Below are positions 47,080 to 56,671 of a stretch of DNA of 64,000 nucleotides, piece after piece (position 1 is the stretch's first letter; every line of letters begins with the position of its first letter). Both the position numbers and the translations under genes were made by a program. The notes beneath the pieces are model-generated. The model saw nothing but the letters and a program-made list of their open reading frames with translations. It made no database searches and was not told where the DNA came from. This stretch comes from Alphaproteobacteria bacterium (GTDB lineage Bacteria; Pseudomonadota; Alphaproteobacteria; Bin95), in contig OZ224045.1 in assembly GCA_963665325.3 (NCBI GenBank), positions 896,001 through 960,000 of the forward strand, given 5' to 3'.

Positions 47080-48245
47080 CCTTCCCTCTCCATAGCCCGC
47101 GCCAGCGCCACGAGGCCAGCGTCGGTTCCGTGGCCGCCGAGTATGGAAAGCCCGACCGGCAGGCCGTCCACCGCCGCGCCCGGCAGGCTGACCTGCGGCA
47201 CGCCGGTGAGGCCGCCATGGCTCGCGAGCACCGAGATGCGGGTCCGCAGCGCCTCCTGTTCCGAGATGGACAGGCCCTTCGGCGGAGCGGGAAAGGGCGT
47301 TGTCGGCAGGCAGAGCACCGTGCCCGGCGGCAGCAGGTGCACGAGCCGGGCCCGCGCCTCCGTCCGCAGCATCGACGCCCAGAGCCGGTCGCCCTCGGAG
47401 ATGTCCGCACCCCGGACGAGATTGCGCGCGACCGAATACGCCATGCGCGGATTGCGCCGGTCGAGCCAGTCGCGGAAGGTGAGCCAGGCTTCCCAGGGCT
47501 GCAGCGTGCGCTGCGCCCTCGCCCAGGCGGACAGGCCCGGCGGCGCCATCGTCACTTCCTCCGATGCGCCGACGATCCGGCCGAGCCGCTCCACCATCGG
47601 CCGGAGCGCCTGCGCAACTTCCCCGTTAGCGAAGCCGAAGGCATCCACGGCGACCAGAAGGCGGCCCGGCAACGCCTCAGGGACCGCCTCCTGCAGCAGC
47701 ACGGCGGAGATGCGGGCGAAGGTTTCGGCGTCGCGGGCGAACCAGCCCGTCGTGTCCGAGCTCGGCGCCTGGGACATCATGCCCCGAAGATCGAGCCGGC
47801 CCCAGGTCGGGCGAATGCCGTAAAGCCCGCAGAAGCTGGACGGCACGCGCACCGAGCCGCCGGTGTCGGTGCCGAGCGCCGTGTCGCAGAGGCCGGAGGC
47901 GACGGCCGAGGCCGAGCCCGAGGAGGAGCCGCCCGGCACCCGGTCCGGCGCGGCGGGATTGACGGGCGTGCCGTAGAAGGCGCTCTCGCCGAGAATGCCG
48001 AGCGAGACCTCGTCGGTGACCGTCTTGCCGATGAAAGCCGCGCCCGCTTCCAGCAGCGCCTCGACCGCCCAGGCGTGGCGTTCGGCCGGGGCGTCGGCTC
48101 CCGGCCAGTCGGGATTGCCGCCGCCGGTCGGCAGGCCGGCCACGTCGAACAGGTCCTTCGCCGCGAAGGTCAGTCCGTCGAGCGGCCCGCCGGCGCGGCC
48201 CTCGATCCGGCGCTCCGTGCCCGGAACGAAGGCGCCGCCCGCCAT
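47076..48245 (-). CDS. Amidase-signature family enzyme
   Basis: KDLFD, GGSSSGS, GTDTGGSVRVP. Confidence 0.92.
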   Translation of the reverse strand: MAGGAFVPGTERRIEGRAGGPLDGLTFAAKDLFDVAGLPTGGGNPDWPGADAPAERHAWAVEALLEAGAAFIGKTVTDEVSLGILGESAFYGTPVNPAAPDRVPGGSSSGSASAVASGLCDTALGTDTGGSVRVPSSFCGLYGIRPTWGRLDLRGMMSQAPSSDTTGWFARDAETFARISAVLLQEAVPEALPGRLLVAVDAFGFANGEVAQALRPMVERLGRIVGASEEVTMAPPGLSAWARAQRTLQPWEAWLTFRDWLDRRNPRMAYSVARNLVRGADISEGDRLWASMLRTEARARLVHLLPPGTVLCLPTTPFPAPPKGLSISEQEALRTRISVLASHGGLTGVPQVSLPGAAVDGLPVGLSILGGHGTDAGLVALARAMEREG

Positions 48246-48629
48246 TTATTCCCTCTCGATGAGCTGGTAGAGCACGCCGTGGCCGTCGGCCGGATGGACG
48301 AAGACCATGCCGGTGGCCTCGATCAGCCGCGCGCCGTTCGCCGCCATCTGCGTCTTCGCGGCCTCGAGGTCGTCGACGGCGAGCGCCACGAGATGCAACC
48401 CTTCGCCGTTCTTTTCGAGGCTGCGCGCGATCGCGCCGTCGCCGAGCGGCTCGGCCAGTTCGATGAAGCGCCCGGAATCGCCGAGCGGCAGGATCGCACG
48501 CCGGAGCCCAAGGTCCGGCTCGTCCTTCGGCGGCGCCTCCGCTTTCAGCCCCAGCTTGCCTTCATAGTCTTCGAGGCTCCGGTTCAGGTCCTTCACCCGA
48601 ACGACGATATGGTCGATCCACTTGTGCAT
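48246..48629 (-). CDS. VOC family protein (methylmalonyl-CoA epimerase-like)
   Basis: IDHIVVRV, IELAEP, GEGLHLVALAVDD, FVHP. Confidence 0.82.
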   Translation of the reverse strand: MHKWIDHIVVRVKDLNRSLEDYEGKLGLKAEAPPKDEPDLGLRRAILPLGDSGRFIELAEPLGDGAIARSLEKNGEGLHLVALAVDDLEAAKTQMAANGARLIEATGMVFVHPADGHGVLYQLIERE

Positions 48630-48683
48630 GGCTCTTGGCCTTCCTTGCTTTGCGTTCGCCGTCTTCCACCGACGGGATGCAGG

Positions 48684-48803
48684 AGATATCCCGAAATGTC
48701 ACGATTTGTCATGAGGCCCGCCATCGATCCCGTCCCGTATCGCGACCCCGGCGCCGGGAGACCCCCCTGGCGAAATGTCGTGAGATGTCATGTTTTGTCA
48801 TGT
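48684..48803. repeat. Two clusters of 10-bp-period TGTCATG-like repeats
   Basis: GATATCCCGA-AATGTCACGA-TTTGTCATGA and AATGTCGTGA-GATGTCATGT-TTTGTCATGT. Confidence 0.6.
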
Positions 48804-49199
48804 TTCCCATACCGTCACCGACGCTCCACCGTCCGGTTCCTGCATATCTTGCCTCCATCGCGCTCCGCTCCGTTGCGCCGCCGCCGGGTCCCTTTGTCGC
48901 GCGTATCGCGGGCGGGCGGGGGCGCCCGTTGGCGCCGGCGCGGTTCGCACGCCTGATTGCGCCCGCGCGCAAGGCAGCCGCAGGGCGCACTTCTCCTGTC
49001 CGTTCCCGCCGGGGTTTTTTTCAGCCCCAGCCGCCGTTCTGCGCAGAAAAGGAAAAGGCGGCCCCCGCAAGCCGCCTCTCCCTGCACCCATCATACCACA
49101 TTTTCTCACAGGTCAAGCCATAATAGAGAAATATTTCAAAAGAATTGTGAACAAACTGCTGTCTTCCGATGGAAGCGCTGAAATGCGCCGTGATGCCCC

Positions 49200-49378
49200 C
49201 CGCGGCCGCCCGTCAGTCCCGGTAATCCGAAACCGCCTTCGGGTCGAGCCGGTCGGCCGGGACGAGGCGGTAGTGCCGCTCTTCCACGACCTTCATCTCG
49301 ACCGCGACTCGCTTCAGAGTGCCAGAGACAAGCGTAGCTGATGACGAGGCCCGGTTCGGGCTCAGGAACCGGCGCCAT
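49200..49378 (-). pseudogene. Decayed PemK-like toxin
   Basis: PEPEPGLVISYACLWHSE...GRDEGR followed by frameshift; overlaps the antitoxin end. Confidence 0.5.
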
Positions 49379-49650
49379 GCCCGCCGGTCAGTTCTTGATC
49401 GTACCGGGCGGCGTCGGGTGGCGGTTCCGCCTGCGCGATCGCTTCGACCTCGGCATCGGATAGCTCCTGGACGGCAAGAGCCTGACGGTCCCGCCGCTTG
49501 AGGCGGTCATATTCCTCGACCGACAAAATCACCAACCGGTCCCTGCCATTGCGGGTAATCGACAAGGAAGCCTTGAGCGCCTCGTCCTGAAAGCGGCCCA
49601 AATATGCATGGAAAATTCGAGCACGACGATATGCGGGACGAATAGTTCAT
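49362..49650 (-). pseudogene. Phd/YefM-like antitoxin with frameshifted 5' end
   Basis: GRFQDEALKASLSITRNGRDRLVILSVEEYDRLKRRDR; the upstream ATG is out of frame. Confidence 0.65.
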
Positions 49651-49666
49651 GCTCGTAATGCGTTCA

Positions 49667-49828
49667 GGGAAGCGCCGCCGCCCCCGCTTGCTGCAGCGCA
49701 ATCGCCGCCTAATTCCTCTTCCTCCCGCAGCCCTCCCGGAAACCCTGGGCCGCCTTCTTCCTGCCCGTGCTTGCCATGCTGGCGGCGTTCGGGCCGCTTT
49801 CCATCGACATGTACCTGCCGATCCTGCC
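49667..49828 (+). repeat. Copy 1 (most diverged) of the Bcr/CflA gene 5' end
   Basis: Near-identical to 55331-55498; encodes FFLPVLAMLAAFGPLSIDMYLP. Confidence 0.9.
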
Positions 49829-49929
49829 TGCAACGGCGTCCCGTCGGTCGCCGCGATATCCCCATTGTCGCTGGGTGAGCCGGCGGAGCGCGCGGGATCG
49901 GTTTCCGCGGCTCACCGGATTCCCCGCGG

Positions 49930-52900
49930 TCACCATCGCGCGGAAAGCGTAAGACCGATGCCGTGCTCCGGCCCGGTATTGTCGTTTGCGTGCTCGCGCC
50001 GGGTGGTCTGGACTTGCAGCGCGAAGGCTGTCGGTCCGTTCCTGACGAGATCCAACCGCGCGCCAAGACTGAAATCCTGCCGGTTGCTCGCGAAGCCCAG
50101 CCTGAGTTCCGGCGTCAGGGTGCAGCAGCCCTCCGCTACTCCGAATCCATAGGTCAACCGGAGCCCGAAAGTGCCATTCGAAAAGTCCTCGCGACCGCCT
50201 TGCGTCGTCAGTCCCGCCAGGGTTTCCCGCCGAAGCAGCGCGTCCATGCCGCCGGTGGCCGAGGCCCCCACGGTCCGGTCGAGCGCGAGCGAAGGCCCGC
50301 GGTCCGAGTCCGGCGCCGGGTCCCAGGCGAGCGAGGCGGAGAGGCCGCGGTCGCGGAAACCGCGCGAGTCGCCGGTCAGCAATCCGCGTCCCTTTACCTC
50401 CGCCGAGAGTCCGCTCTCCGGGTGCGACCAGGCGAGGCCGCCGCCGAGGTCGAGCCCGAGACCCGTCTCGGCGTCGCCGCCGTCATGGCGAACGCCAATC
50501 TCCAGCGTCGGTACCGGGTCGCCGGCGCGCGCGCCGCGCCATGACCCTTCCAGCCCCAGTCGCAGGCGTGTCGCATCCGCCTCCGCTGCCGCAAGCCTGC
50601 CGCCTGGCCCGCGCCCGGCGCCAGTGCTCGTGCGCACCGCCATGGCGTCGGTCGTCATTGCAAGCTCCGGGCCCCCCTCTTCGGGCGCCGCGACGACCGT
50701 GCCGCGCAATCCGAGAGCGCCCATCGCAAGGTCCATGTCCGCTCCGATGGGTGCGGCGGCCTTCGGGGTCAGCGTCAGGCGGCCCGAACCGTAGCCTGCG
50801 ATGCCCCAGACGCTCAGGCGTTCGCTCAACTCATAGCTTCCATAGGGGTAAACGCCGGTCAGCACGGACGAGACCTCCCCGTCGCCATCGGGCGCGCGGT
50901 AATCGCCCTTCCCGCGGGAATGCGCGACGGCAATCCCCGCCAACGCCTGTCCGAACGTCCAGTCCGCGCCGAGAAAGCCTGTCGCTACTTCGCCGTCGAG
51001 ATGGAGATCGCCCTCCCGTCCGCGGATGCGCGACACCGCCCCCTGGCCCCATAACGCGCCCGCGCCGCCGTCCGCGCCGCCGCCAGTAACGGCGAAGGAC
51101 AGACCGGTCAGGAAGGTGCGCTCCGTAAGGGCGCGCGAGGAATGCCGGCTCGCATCCTTGTCGTGAGCGCTAGCGCCTATCCGGTCTGTCCGAGGCCCGA
51201 GGCCGGCTTCCCTCGGGGCTGCGCTGATAAGGCGCTGGCCCGCGACGGTCGCCCGGACACCGGGCAGGCGGGACGCGCGCAGGCGCCCTTCCACCGCATC
51301 GATCGCCTGGTCGGCGACCGTGCGCCCGAAGCGGGAGAGCCAGGCCTGCGGCATGAGGTCGGTGTTCCGGATCGCGCCCGTCGCCTCGCCGTCCTCGATC
51401 CGGGTGCCCGGCGACGGGTTGGAGAGAGTCAGCGTTAGCGTCTCGAACTTCTCGTCGTGGCTGTCGTTCAGCACCGGGACGGCAACCGTCATCTCAGTCG
51501 CGCCTGCAGCGAAGGTGAGCGTGTCGGAGACGTGCGTGTAGTCGGCTCCGGCCGTCGCCGTACCGTCGCTCGTCGCATAGTCGACCGTGACGTCCCGGTC
51601 GAGCGTGCGGGAAAGGGTAACCTTGAAGTCGAGTGTCGCGCCCGTGGCTTCGCGAACTTCCGCATCGGCGACCGAGAAAGAGGCGGGTCCCGGCACGATC
51701 CTGGCGATCCCGTAGGAGAGAGGCGTTCCGCCCGCCGTACAGACCGCGCCGGCCGCTCTGCAATTGGTCCTCCGGGGCAACACCAGCGTCACCGGTTCGT
51801 GCGAAGAAGGCGCCACCCTGACGCTCCAGAGATCCCGGCGACCCTTCACCCGCCAAGCCTTTCTGACGGTTCCACCGGTCACTTGGATGGCCCTGTTCCG
51901 GAGCGCAACGTAACTGGTTGCGATCGGCTCGGTGAAGCGCAGCCTTACGGTGAATGTGCCCTTGCCGGTGTGCGCCTCGGGGACAGACTCCCAGGCGGCC
52001 ATCAGGCCGCCTCTCAGGGACCGCAGGCCGTCGCCGGCCGGGGCTTTGGAGGGTTGCACCACGAGGTTCGAGGCGGTGTTGTCCCGGGTGTAATTGTTGC
52101 CGCCCTCGTCGGTCAGGCCTTCGCCTACGCCCTTCACCGTGTTGGCGCGGAGCCGGATCGTCACCGGCATGCCCAGCGTGGCCGGCGTCGCGCGCACCTT
52201 GTAGGTTCCGCCATTCCAGACTTCGACGGCCGTCACGGTCCCGTTGGTGACATCGAAATCCGTTGGATCGAGGTCCTGCACCGCCTCCGTGGCGACTGCC
52301 CTCACATTCGGGTCGGTGAAATAGAGTTCCATCGCGAACGGACCCGTCACCTCTTCGATGGCGTGCCAGTCTTCCTCGTGGACAGCCTTCGACAGCGTGG
52401 CTTCCAGAACGCTCGAATTCCCGTTTGGCGCCTGCGCCTTCAGTTGCGGCGATACCGCCACCACCGCGTTGCCGAGGCGCATGCGCATCTCGGCCGTGAA
52501 GGCGGTTCCCCTGAACAGTCCGCCCTTGGTGAACTGGATGCAGGCGGTGCCGCCGGTGCATGACGTGTAGCTGTCCCCGCGCCCGACCTCCTTCCAGGGG
52601 CTGAACCGTTCGTCGGACGAGTCCCAGGAATATCTGGCGCGCTCTTCGATCACGACACTGTCTGCCGGAACCTCCACCGGGCGTTCCCAGCAGATATCGA
52701 GCGCCACCTCCCGCCTGTTGCGATCCAGCGATCCAAGCCGGGCCCCGCATTGTCTGATCGTCCCGGTCGGCCCCGGCCCGGATTCGCCGTCATATCCGCG
52801 CGCCGTGAACTTGACCGCGAGTTGGGAGGCGGCCGTGTTGGCTCCTTCCCCGTCCCATATCGCCTCGTTGTCGCTGAGGTGAGTGATCGTTTCGATGCTC

Positions 52901-53496
52901 CAACCGGTCTGACCGCTGCCGTCTTCACTATCGGAATATGTGCCTCGGAGCACGAACGCCTCGTCCGCCGTCGTCGCCGTGCTCTTTACGACGACGGAGT
53001 AGTCGGCATCCGGTTGCAGCACTACCGGGGTCTCTGCTTTGAAGGTCAGCGTACCCGTTCCCCGTGTCGGGTTGGCCAGGGTTGCGAGCGACGTCATGGG
53101 AATGCCCCGGAAATCCGCTTCGTAGATGTAGACGGTCGGAACGATTCCTGCCGGCCATTGTTCGATGCCCAGATCGACCTCGGTCAACAGCCAGGCGGCG
53201 TCGGACGGGCCCGTCACGAAGGAAATGGCAAGTACATAACTCTCCTGAGCCGTGAGTGCGTCCCTGTTTAGCGGCGCGTCGGTCGTCTGCGCCGTGTTGG
53301 ACACGAGCACGATCGGTGTCTGCGCCCACGCAGGCAGTGCTGTGAGGCATGCCCAAAGCACGGCTGCCGCAATTACCGGGAACCGGAGCAGATGGAAGAC
53401 AGCGCCCTGGCCTGCATCGATTGAGGCAACGAAGCCGGCGGTTCTGCCCGTGTTCCGGTCTATGCGGCGAGCGCATCGATGGCGGCGCGCTTGCAT
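49930..53496 (-). CDS. Large autotransporter-like surface protein with Ig-like and Calx-beta domains
   Basis: Signal-like AWA-Q; Calx-beta VTVDYATSDGTATAGADY...LTFAAG; QAWLSRFGRT linker; beta-barrel ending TLSARW; start uncertain. Confidence 0.82.
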   Translation of the reverse strand: MQARRHRCARRIDRNTGRTAGFVASIDAGQGAVFHLLRFPVIAAAVLWACLTALPAWAQTPIVLVSNTAQTTDAPLNRDALTAQESYVLAISFVTGPSDAAWLLTEVDLGIEQWPAGIVPTVYIYEADFRGIPMTSLATLANPTRGTGTLTFKAETPVVLQPDADYSVVVKSTATTADEAFVLRGTYSDSEDGSGQTGWSIETITHLSDNEAIWDGEGANTAASQLAVKFTARGYDGESGPGPTGTIRQCGARLGSLDRNRREVALDICWERPVEVPADSVVIEERARYSWDSSDERFSPWKEVGRGDSYTSCTGGTACIQFTKGGLFRGTAFTAEMRMRLGNAVVAVSPQLKAQAPNGNSSVLEATLSKAVHEEDWHAIEEVTGPFAMELYFTDPNVRAVATEAVQDLDPTDFDVTNGTVTAVEVWNGGTYKVRATPATLGMPVTIRLRANTVKGVGEGLTDEGGNNYTRDNTASNLVVQPSKAPAGDGLRSLRGGLMAAWESVPEAHTGKGTFTVRLRFTEPIATSYVALRNRAIQVTGGTVRKAWRVKGRRDLWSVRVAPSSHEPVTLVLPRRTNCRAAGAVCTAGGTPLSYGIARIVPGPASFSVADAEVREATGATLDFKVTLSRTLDRDVTVDYATSDGTATAGADYTHVSDTLTFAAGATEMTVAVPVLNDSHDEKFETLTLTLSNPSPGTRIEDGEATGAIRNTDLMPQAWLSRFGRTVADQAIDAVEGRLRASRLPGVRATVAGQRLISAAPREAGLGPRTDRIGASAHDKDASRHSSRALTERTFLTGLSFAVTGGGADGGAGALWGQGAVSRIRGREGDLHLDGEVATGFLGADWTFGQALAGIAVAHSRGKGDYRAPDGDGEVSSVLTGVYPYGSYELSERLSVWGIAGYGSGRLTLTPKAAAPIGADMDLAMGALGLRGTVVAAPEEGGPELAMTTDAMAVRTSTGAGRGPGGRLAAAEADATRLRLGLEGSWRGARAGDPVPTLEIGVRHDGGDAETGLGLDLGGGLAWSHPESGLSAEVKGRGLLTGDSRGFRDRGLSASLAWDPAPDSDRGPSLALDRTVGASATGGMDALLRRETLAGLTTQGGREDFSNGTFGLRLTYGFGVAEGCCTLTPELRLGFASNRQDFSLGARLDLVRNGPTAFALQVQTTRREHANDNTGPEHGIGLTLSARW

Positions 53497-53560
53497 GGCT
53501 CGCACTCTCCCCTTGCAAGGGAGCGAACATCCGGCAGGGGGGACCGGACGGCATCGCACG

Positions 53561-53590
53561 ATCTTGCTGTCCCACCGCCCTTTCCTGCTG
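53561..53590 (-). promoter_or_regulatory. Candidate AraC-family tandem half-sites
   Basis: ATCTTGCTG (53561) and TTCCTGCTG (53582), 21 bp apart, upstream of the autotransporter. Confidence 0.4.
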
Positions 53591-53643
53591 ATTCAGGGCC
53601 GGAGCGCCAGCCGGCGCCGTTCCCACGGGATCGGAGAAATTGC

Positions 53644-53895
53644 CCGGGTGCCAAGCCGGTAGTTCAGTCGCCCAGAGGAATGAATTCGACGCAGGACAAA
53701 CGTGACCGCTCGGCACGCCGGGACGATCGAGCACCGGGTGTCTGAAGCCTGTTATGCCATCGATGCATGCTCTCAATACTGGAAAGCATTATCGCTCCGG
53801 GCGCCTGGCCGGTAGTTCAGTCAGCAGGGGGAATCGATTCGACGCAGGACAATCGTGGCCGCTCGGCACACCGGGACGATCGGGCACCGGGTGTC
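53644..53895. repeat. Imperfect ~99-bp direct repeat (53644-53742 and 53797-53895)
   Basis: Shared GCCGGTAGTTCAGTC...ATTCGACGCAGGACAA..CGTG.CCGCTCGGCAC.CCGGGACGATCG.GCACCGGGTGTC. Confidence 0.85.
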
Positions 53896-53927
53896 CGGCG
53901 GCGGTACCGCCAGGGACGAGAGGAATC

Positions 53928-54824
53928 ATGGACCGCCTGGGGGAGCATGGGCGCGCGAAATACACGACCGGCACCCGGCTCGGGACCAGCGAGAGCCGGG
54001 GCTGGAAAGGTTTGCTGGCGGAACGCTGGCGCCATTCCGAGGGGGATCTCGGCGAGGTTCGGATCCGGGACACCGAAGTAATCGTGCTTCTGCGGGGCTC
54101 CCTGCATGTCAGGCGTCGGGGCGACGGCCGGCTCCAGCGCTGCGATGCAATTCCCGGCACGGTCTGGCTATGCCCGAGGGGCGTTCACGAAGACATGGTC
54201 CGTCTTTACGGTGAGGTCGAGGAGAGCATCCATCTCTTCCTTCCCGCTGCCCCCCTGTCGCAAACCGTGCTTCGGGAGTTCGACGTCGACCCCGCCAAGG
54301 CCGTGCTGCAGTACAAAGGGGGATTCCACGATCCGCTGATCGAGCGGATCGGGCGCGCCATCCGCAGCGAGCTGGTGGACCCTGCGCCGGGCGGATCGAT
54401 GCTGGCGGAAACCCTGGCCCTGGCGCTCGGCGTCCACATTCTGGGGCGCTATTCCGGTTTGCGGCCGGCATCCCTGCCGCTGCCGGTGGCCCGCGGCGGC
54501 CTCGATCCCCTTCGCCTCAAGCGGGTCGTGGAATTCATCGACGCCCATCTCGGCGAAGGCCTGACCGTCGAGGCGCTCGCGAACGAGGCCTGCCTCAGCC
54601 CGTTTCACTTCGCCCGCGCCTTCAAGGCGGCGACGGGGACGAGCCCGCACCGATATCTCACGGACCGCCGGGTGGACACAGCGAAGTCCCTGATTGCTGA
54701 GGGCCGGCTCCCTCTCGCCGAGATCGCCAATTTGTGCGGGTTTTCCTCCCAGTCCCACTTCACCCGCTGCTTCAAGCGGATCGTCGGCGCCACGCCGGGG
54801 ACCTATCGGGAAAGCTGCCTCTGA
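53928..54824 (+). CDS. AraC-family transcriptional regulator
   Basis: LSPFHFARAFK, LAEIANLCGFSSQSHFTRCFK. Confidence 0.92.
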   Translation: MDRLGEHGRAKYTTGTRLGTSESRGWKGLLAERWRHSEGDLGEVRIRDTEVIVLLRGSLHVRRRGDGRLQRCDAIPGTVWLCPRGVHEDMVRLYGEVEESIHLFLPAAPLSQTVLREFDVDPAKAVLQYKGGFHDPLIERIGRAIRSELVDPAPGGSMLAETLALALGVHILGRYSGLRPASLPLPVARGGLDPLRLKRVVEFIDAHLGEGLTVEALANEACLSPFHFARAFKAATGTSPHRYLTDRRVDTAKSLIAEGRLPLAEIANLCGFSSQSHFTRCFKRIVGATPGTYRESCL

Positions 54825-54883
54825 CCGGACAGGTCCCCGCGAGAAACTGTCCCGGCCCCACCTTGCTTCCCGCCGACAGCTGG

Positions 54884-55015
54884 CTAATTTCCCTTCCTCC
54901 CGCAGCCCTCTCCGGAAATCCTTGGCCGCCTTCTTCCTGCCCGTGCTTGCCATGCTGGCGGCGTTCGGGCCGCTTTTCATCGACATGTACCTGCCAAGCC
55001 TGCCGGCCATCGGGC
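54884..55015 (+). repeat. Copy 2 of the Bcr/CflA gene 5' end
   Basis: Near-identical to 55378-55509 (LAAFFLPVLAMLAAFGPLFIDMYLPSLPAIG). Confidence 0.9.
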
Positions 55016-55048
55016 CCTCATTTCCGCAAACAGCCAACGGAGTTAACC

Positions 55049-55327
55049 ATGGCCGACGCAATTCATCCGGGAGAGCATCTGGCGGAGATTCTCGATGAAC
55101 TCGGAATCAGCCAGTATCGCCTCGCCAAGGCCATCGGCGTCCCGCCGAGGCGCATCAATGAGATTGTGCATGCCCGCAGGGCGGTGACGGCCGATACCGC
55201 CTTGCGTATGGGCAAGGCTCTGGGAATGACGCCCGACTTCTGGCTCAACCTGCAGGCCATGTACGATCTGGACCGCGCCAGAAGCACGCTCAGCGTGGAG
55301 ACAATCGAGACCCTGGTCGCGGCCTGA
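55049..55327 (+). CDS. higA: HigA-family antitoxin (no adjacent higB)
   Basis: IHPGEHL, RINEIV, TADTALR, FWLNLQAMYDL. Confidence 0.9.
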   Translation: MADAIHPGEHLAEILDELGISQYRLAKAIGVPPRRINEIVHARRAVTADTALRMGKALGMTPDFWLNLQAMYDLDRARSTLSVETIETLVAA

Positions 55328-55415
55328 GCCGGGAAAGCAGTTCGCCGCCGCCAGCCTTGCCGCCGCGCAATCGCCGCCTAATTTCCGTTCCTCCCGCAGC
55401 CCTCTCCGGAAATCC

Positions 55416-56594
55416 TTGGCCGCCTTCTTCCTGCCCGTGCTTGCCATGCTGGCGGCGTTCGGGCCGCTTTCCATCGACATGTACCTGCCGAGCCTGCCGG
55501 CCATCGGGCGCGAGTTCGGGGCCTCGGCCGGCGACGTGCAGCTCACGCTTTCCGCTTTCTTCGTCGGCTTCGGCATCGGGCAGCTTCTCTACGGCCCGCT
55601 CTCGGACCGCTACGGGCGCCGGCCGATGCTGCTGTTCGGCGTGTCGGTCTATCTCGTGGCGAGCGCCGGGGCGGTTTTCGCGCCGGATATCGGGGCGCTG
55701 ACCGCGGCGCGCTTCTTCCAGGCGCTCGGCGGCGGGGCGGCCACGGTGATCGCGCGGGCCTCGGTGCGCGACCGCCATTCGGGCGCGGAGGCCGCACGGA
55801 TGCTCTCCACGCTCATGCTCATCATGGGCGCGGCGCCGCTGCTGGCGCCCTCGCTCGGCGCGCAGGTGCTGCAGTTCGCGGACTGGCGCGCGATCTTCAT
55901 GCTGCTGGCGGGCTGGGGCGGGCTGGCGCTGCTGGCGGTCGTCTTTCTGCTGCCGGAGACGCGCCCGCCGGAGATGCGTTCCCGCGCCGGCCTCGGCTCG
56001 ATCTTCCTCAATTACGGCCGCCTCGTCTCGGAACGGCAGACGCTCGGCTGCGCGCTGGCGAGCGGCGGTGCGTTTGCCGGCATGTTCGCCTATATCTCCG
56101 GCACACCCTTCGTGTTCATGGAGGTGTTCGGCGTCTCGCCCGAGACCTACGGGCTGCTGTTCGCCGTTCATATCGTGGCGATCATGGCCGGCGCCTTCAC
56201 CAATCGCCGGCTGGTCGGGCGCTTCGGGCCCGCCGGCATGATGGCGCGCGGCACCGCCCTGCTGCTGGCGGCGGGCCTCGCCCTCATTCTCGCCGTGCTG
56301 CTGCTGCCGGGAAGCCTCGTCGCCATCGTCGCAGCGCTGCTCTGCTTCATGTTCGCGCTCAACCTCATTGCCGCCAACACCATCGTCATCGCCACGGCCG
56401 ACAAGCCGGAGCTTGCCGGCACCGTCATCGCGCTCATCGGCGCGGGCCATTTCGCGCTCGGCACGATTTCGGGCCTGGCAGTCGGCCAGTTCCACGACGG
56501 CACCGCGCTGCCGCTGGCGCTGACGGTTGCCGCCTGCGGGCTGGTTTCCTTCTCCGCCCATCGCTGGCTCGTGCGGGCGCCGGACGCCGATTGA
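55416..56594 (+). CDS. Bcr/CflA-family MFS efflux transporter
   Basis: SIDMYLPSLP, GPLSDRYGRRP, LPET, FAYISGTPF. Confidence 0.92.
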   Translation: MAAFFLPVLAMLAAFGPLSIDMYLPSLPAIGREFGASAGDVQLTLSAFFVGFGIGQLLYGPLSDRYGRRPMLLFGVSVYLVASAGAVFAPDIGALTAARFFQALGGGAATVIARASVRDRHSGAEAARMLSTLMLIMGAAPLLAPSLGAQVLQFADWRAIFMLLAGWGGLALLAVVFLLPETRPPEMRSRAGLGSIFLNYGRLVSERQTLGCALASGGAFAGMFAYISGTPFVFMEVFGVSPETYGLLFAVHIVAIMAGAFTNRRLVGRFGPAGMMARGTALLLAAGLALILAVLLLPGSLVAIVAALLCFMFALNLIAANTIVIATADKPELAGTVIALIGAGHFALGTISGLAVGQFHDGTALPLALTVAACGLVSFSAHRWLVRAPDAD

Positions 56595-56671
56595 CACCGG
56601 ACGCCCGGCCCCGGAAGATTCCGGAGTTCGGCCCGGAGCCGGCGCAGCGATGACAAAAGGATACGCCCCCG

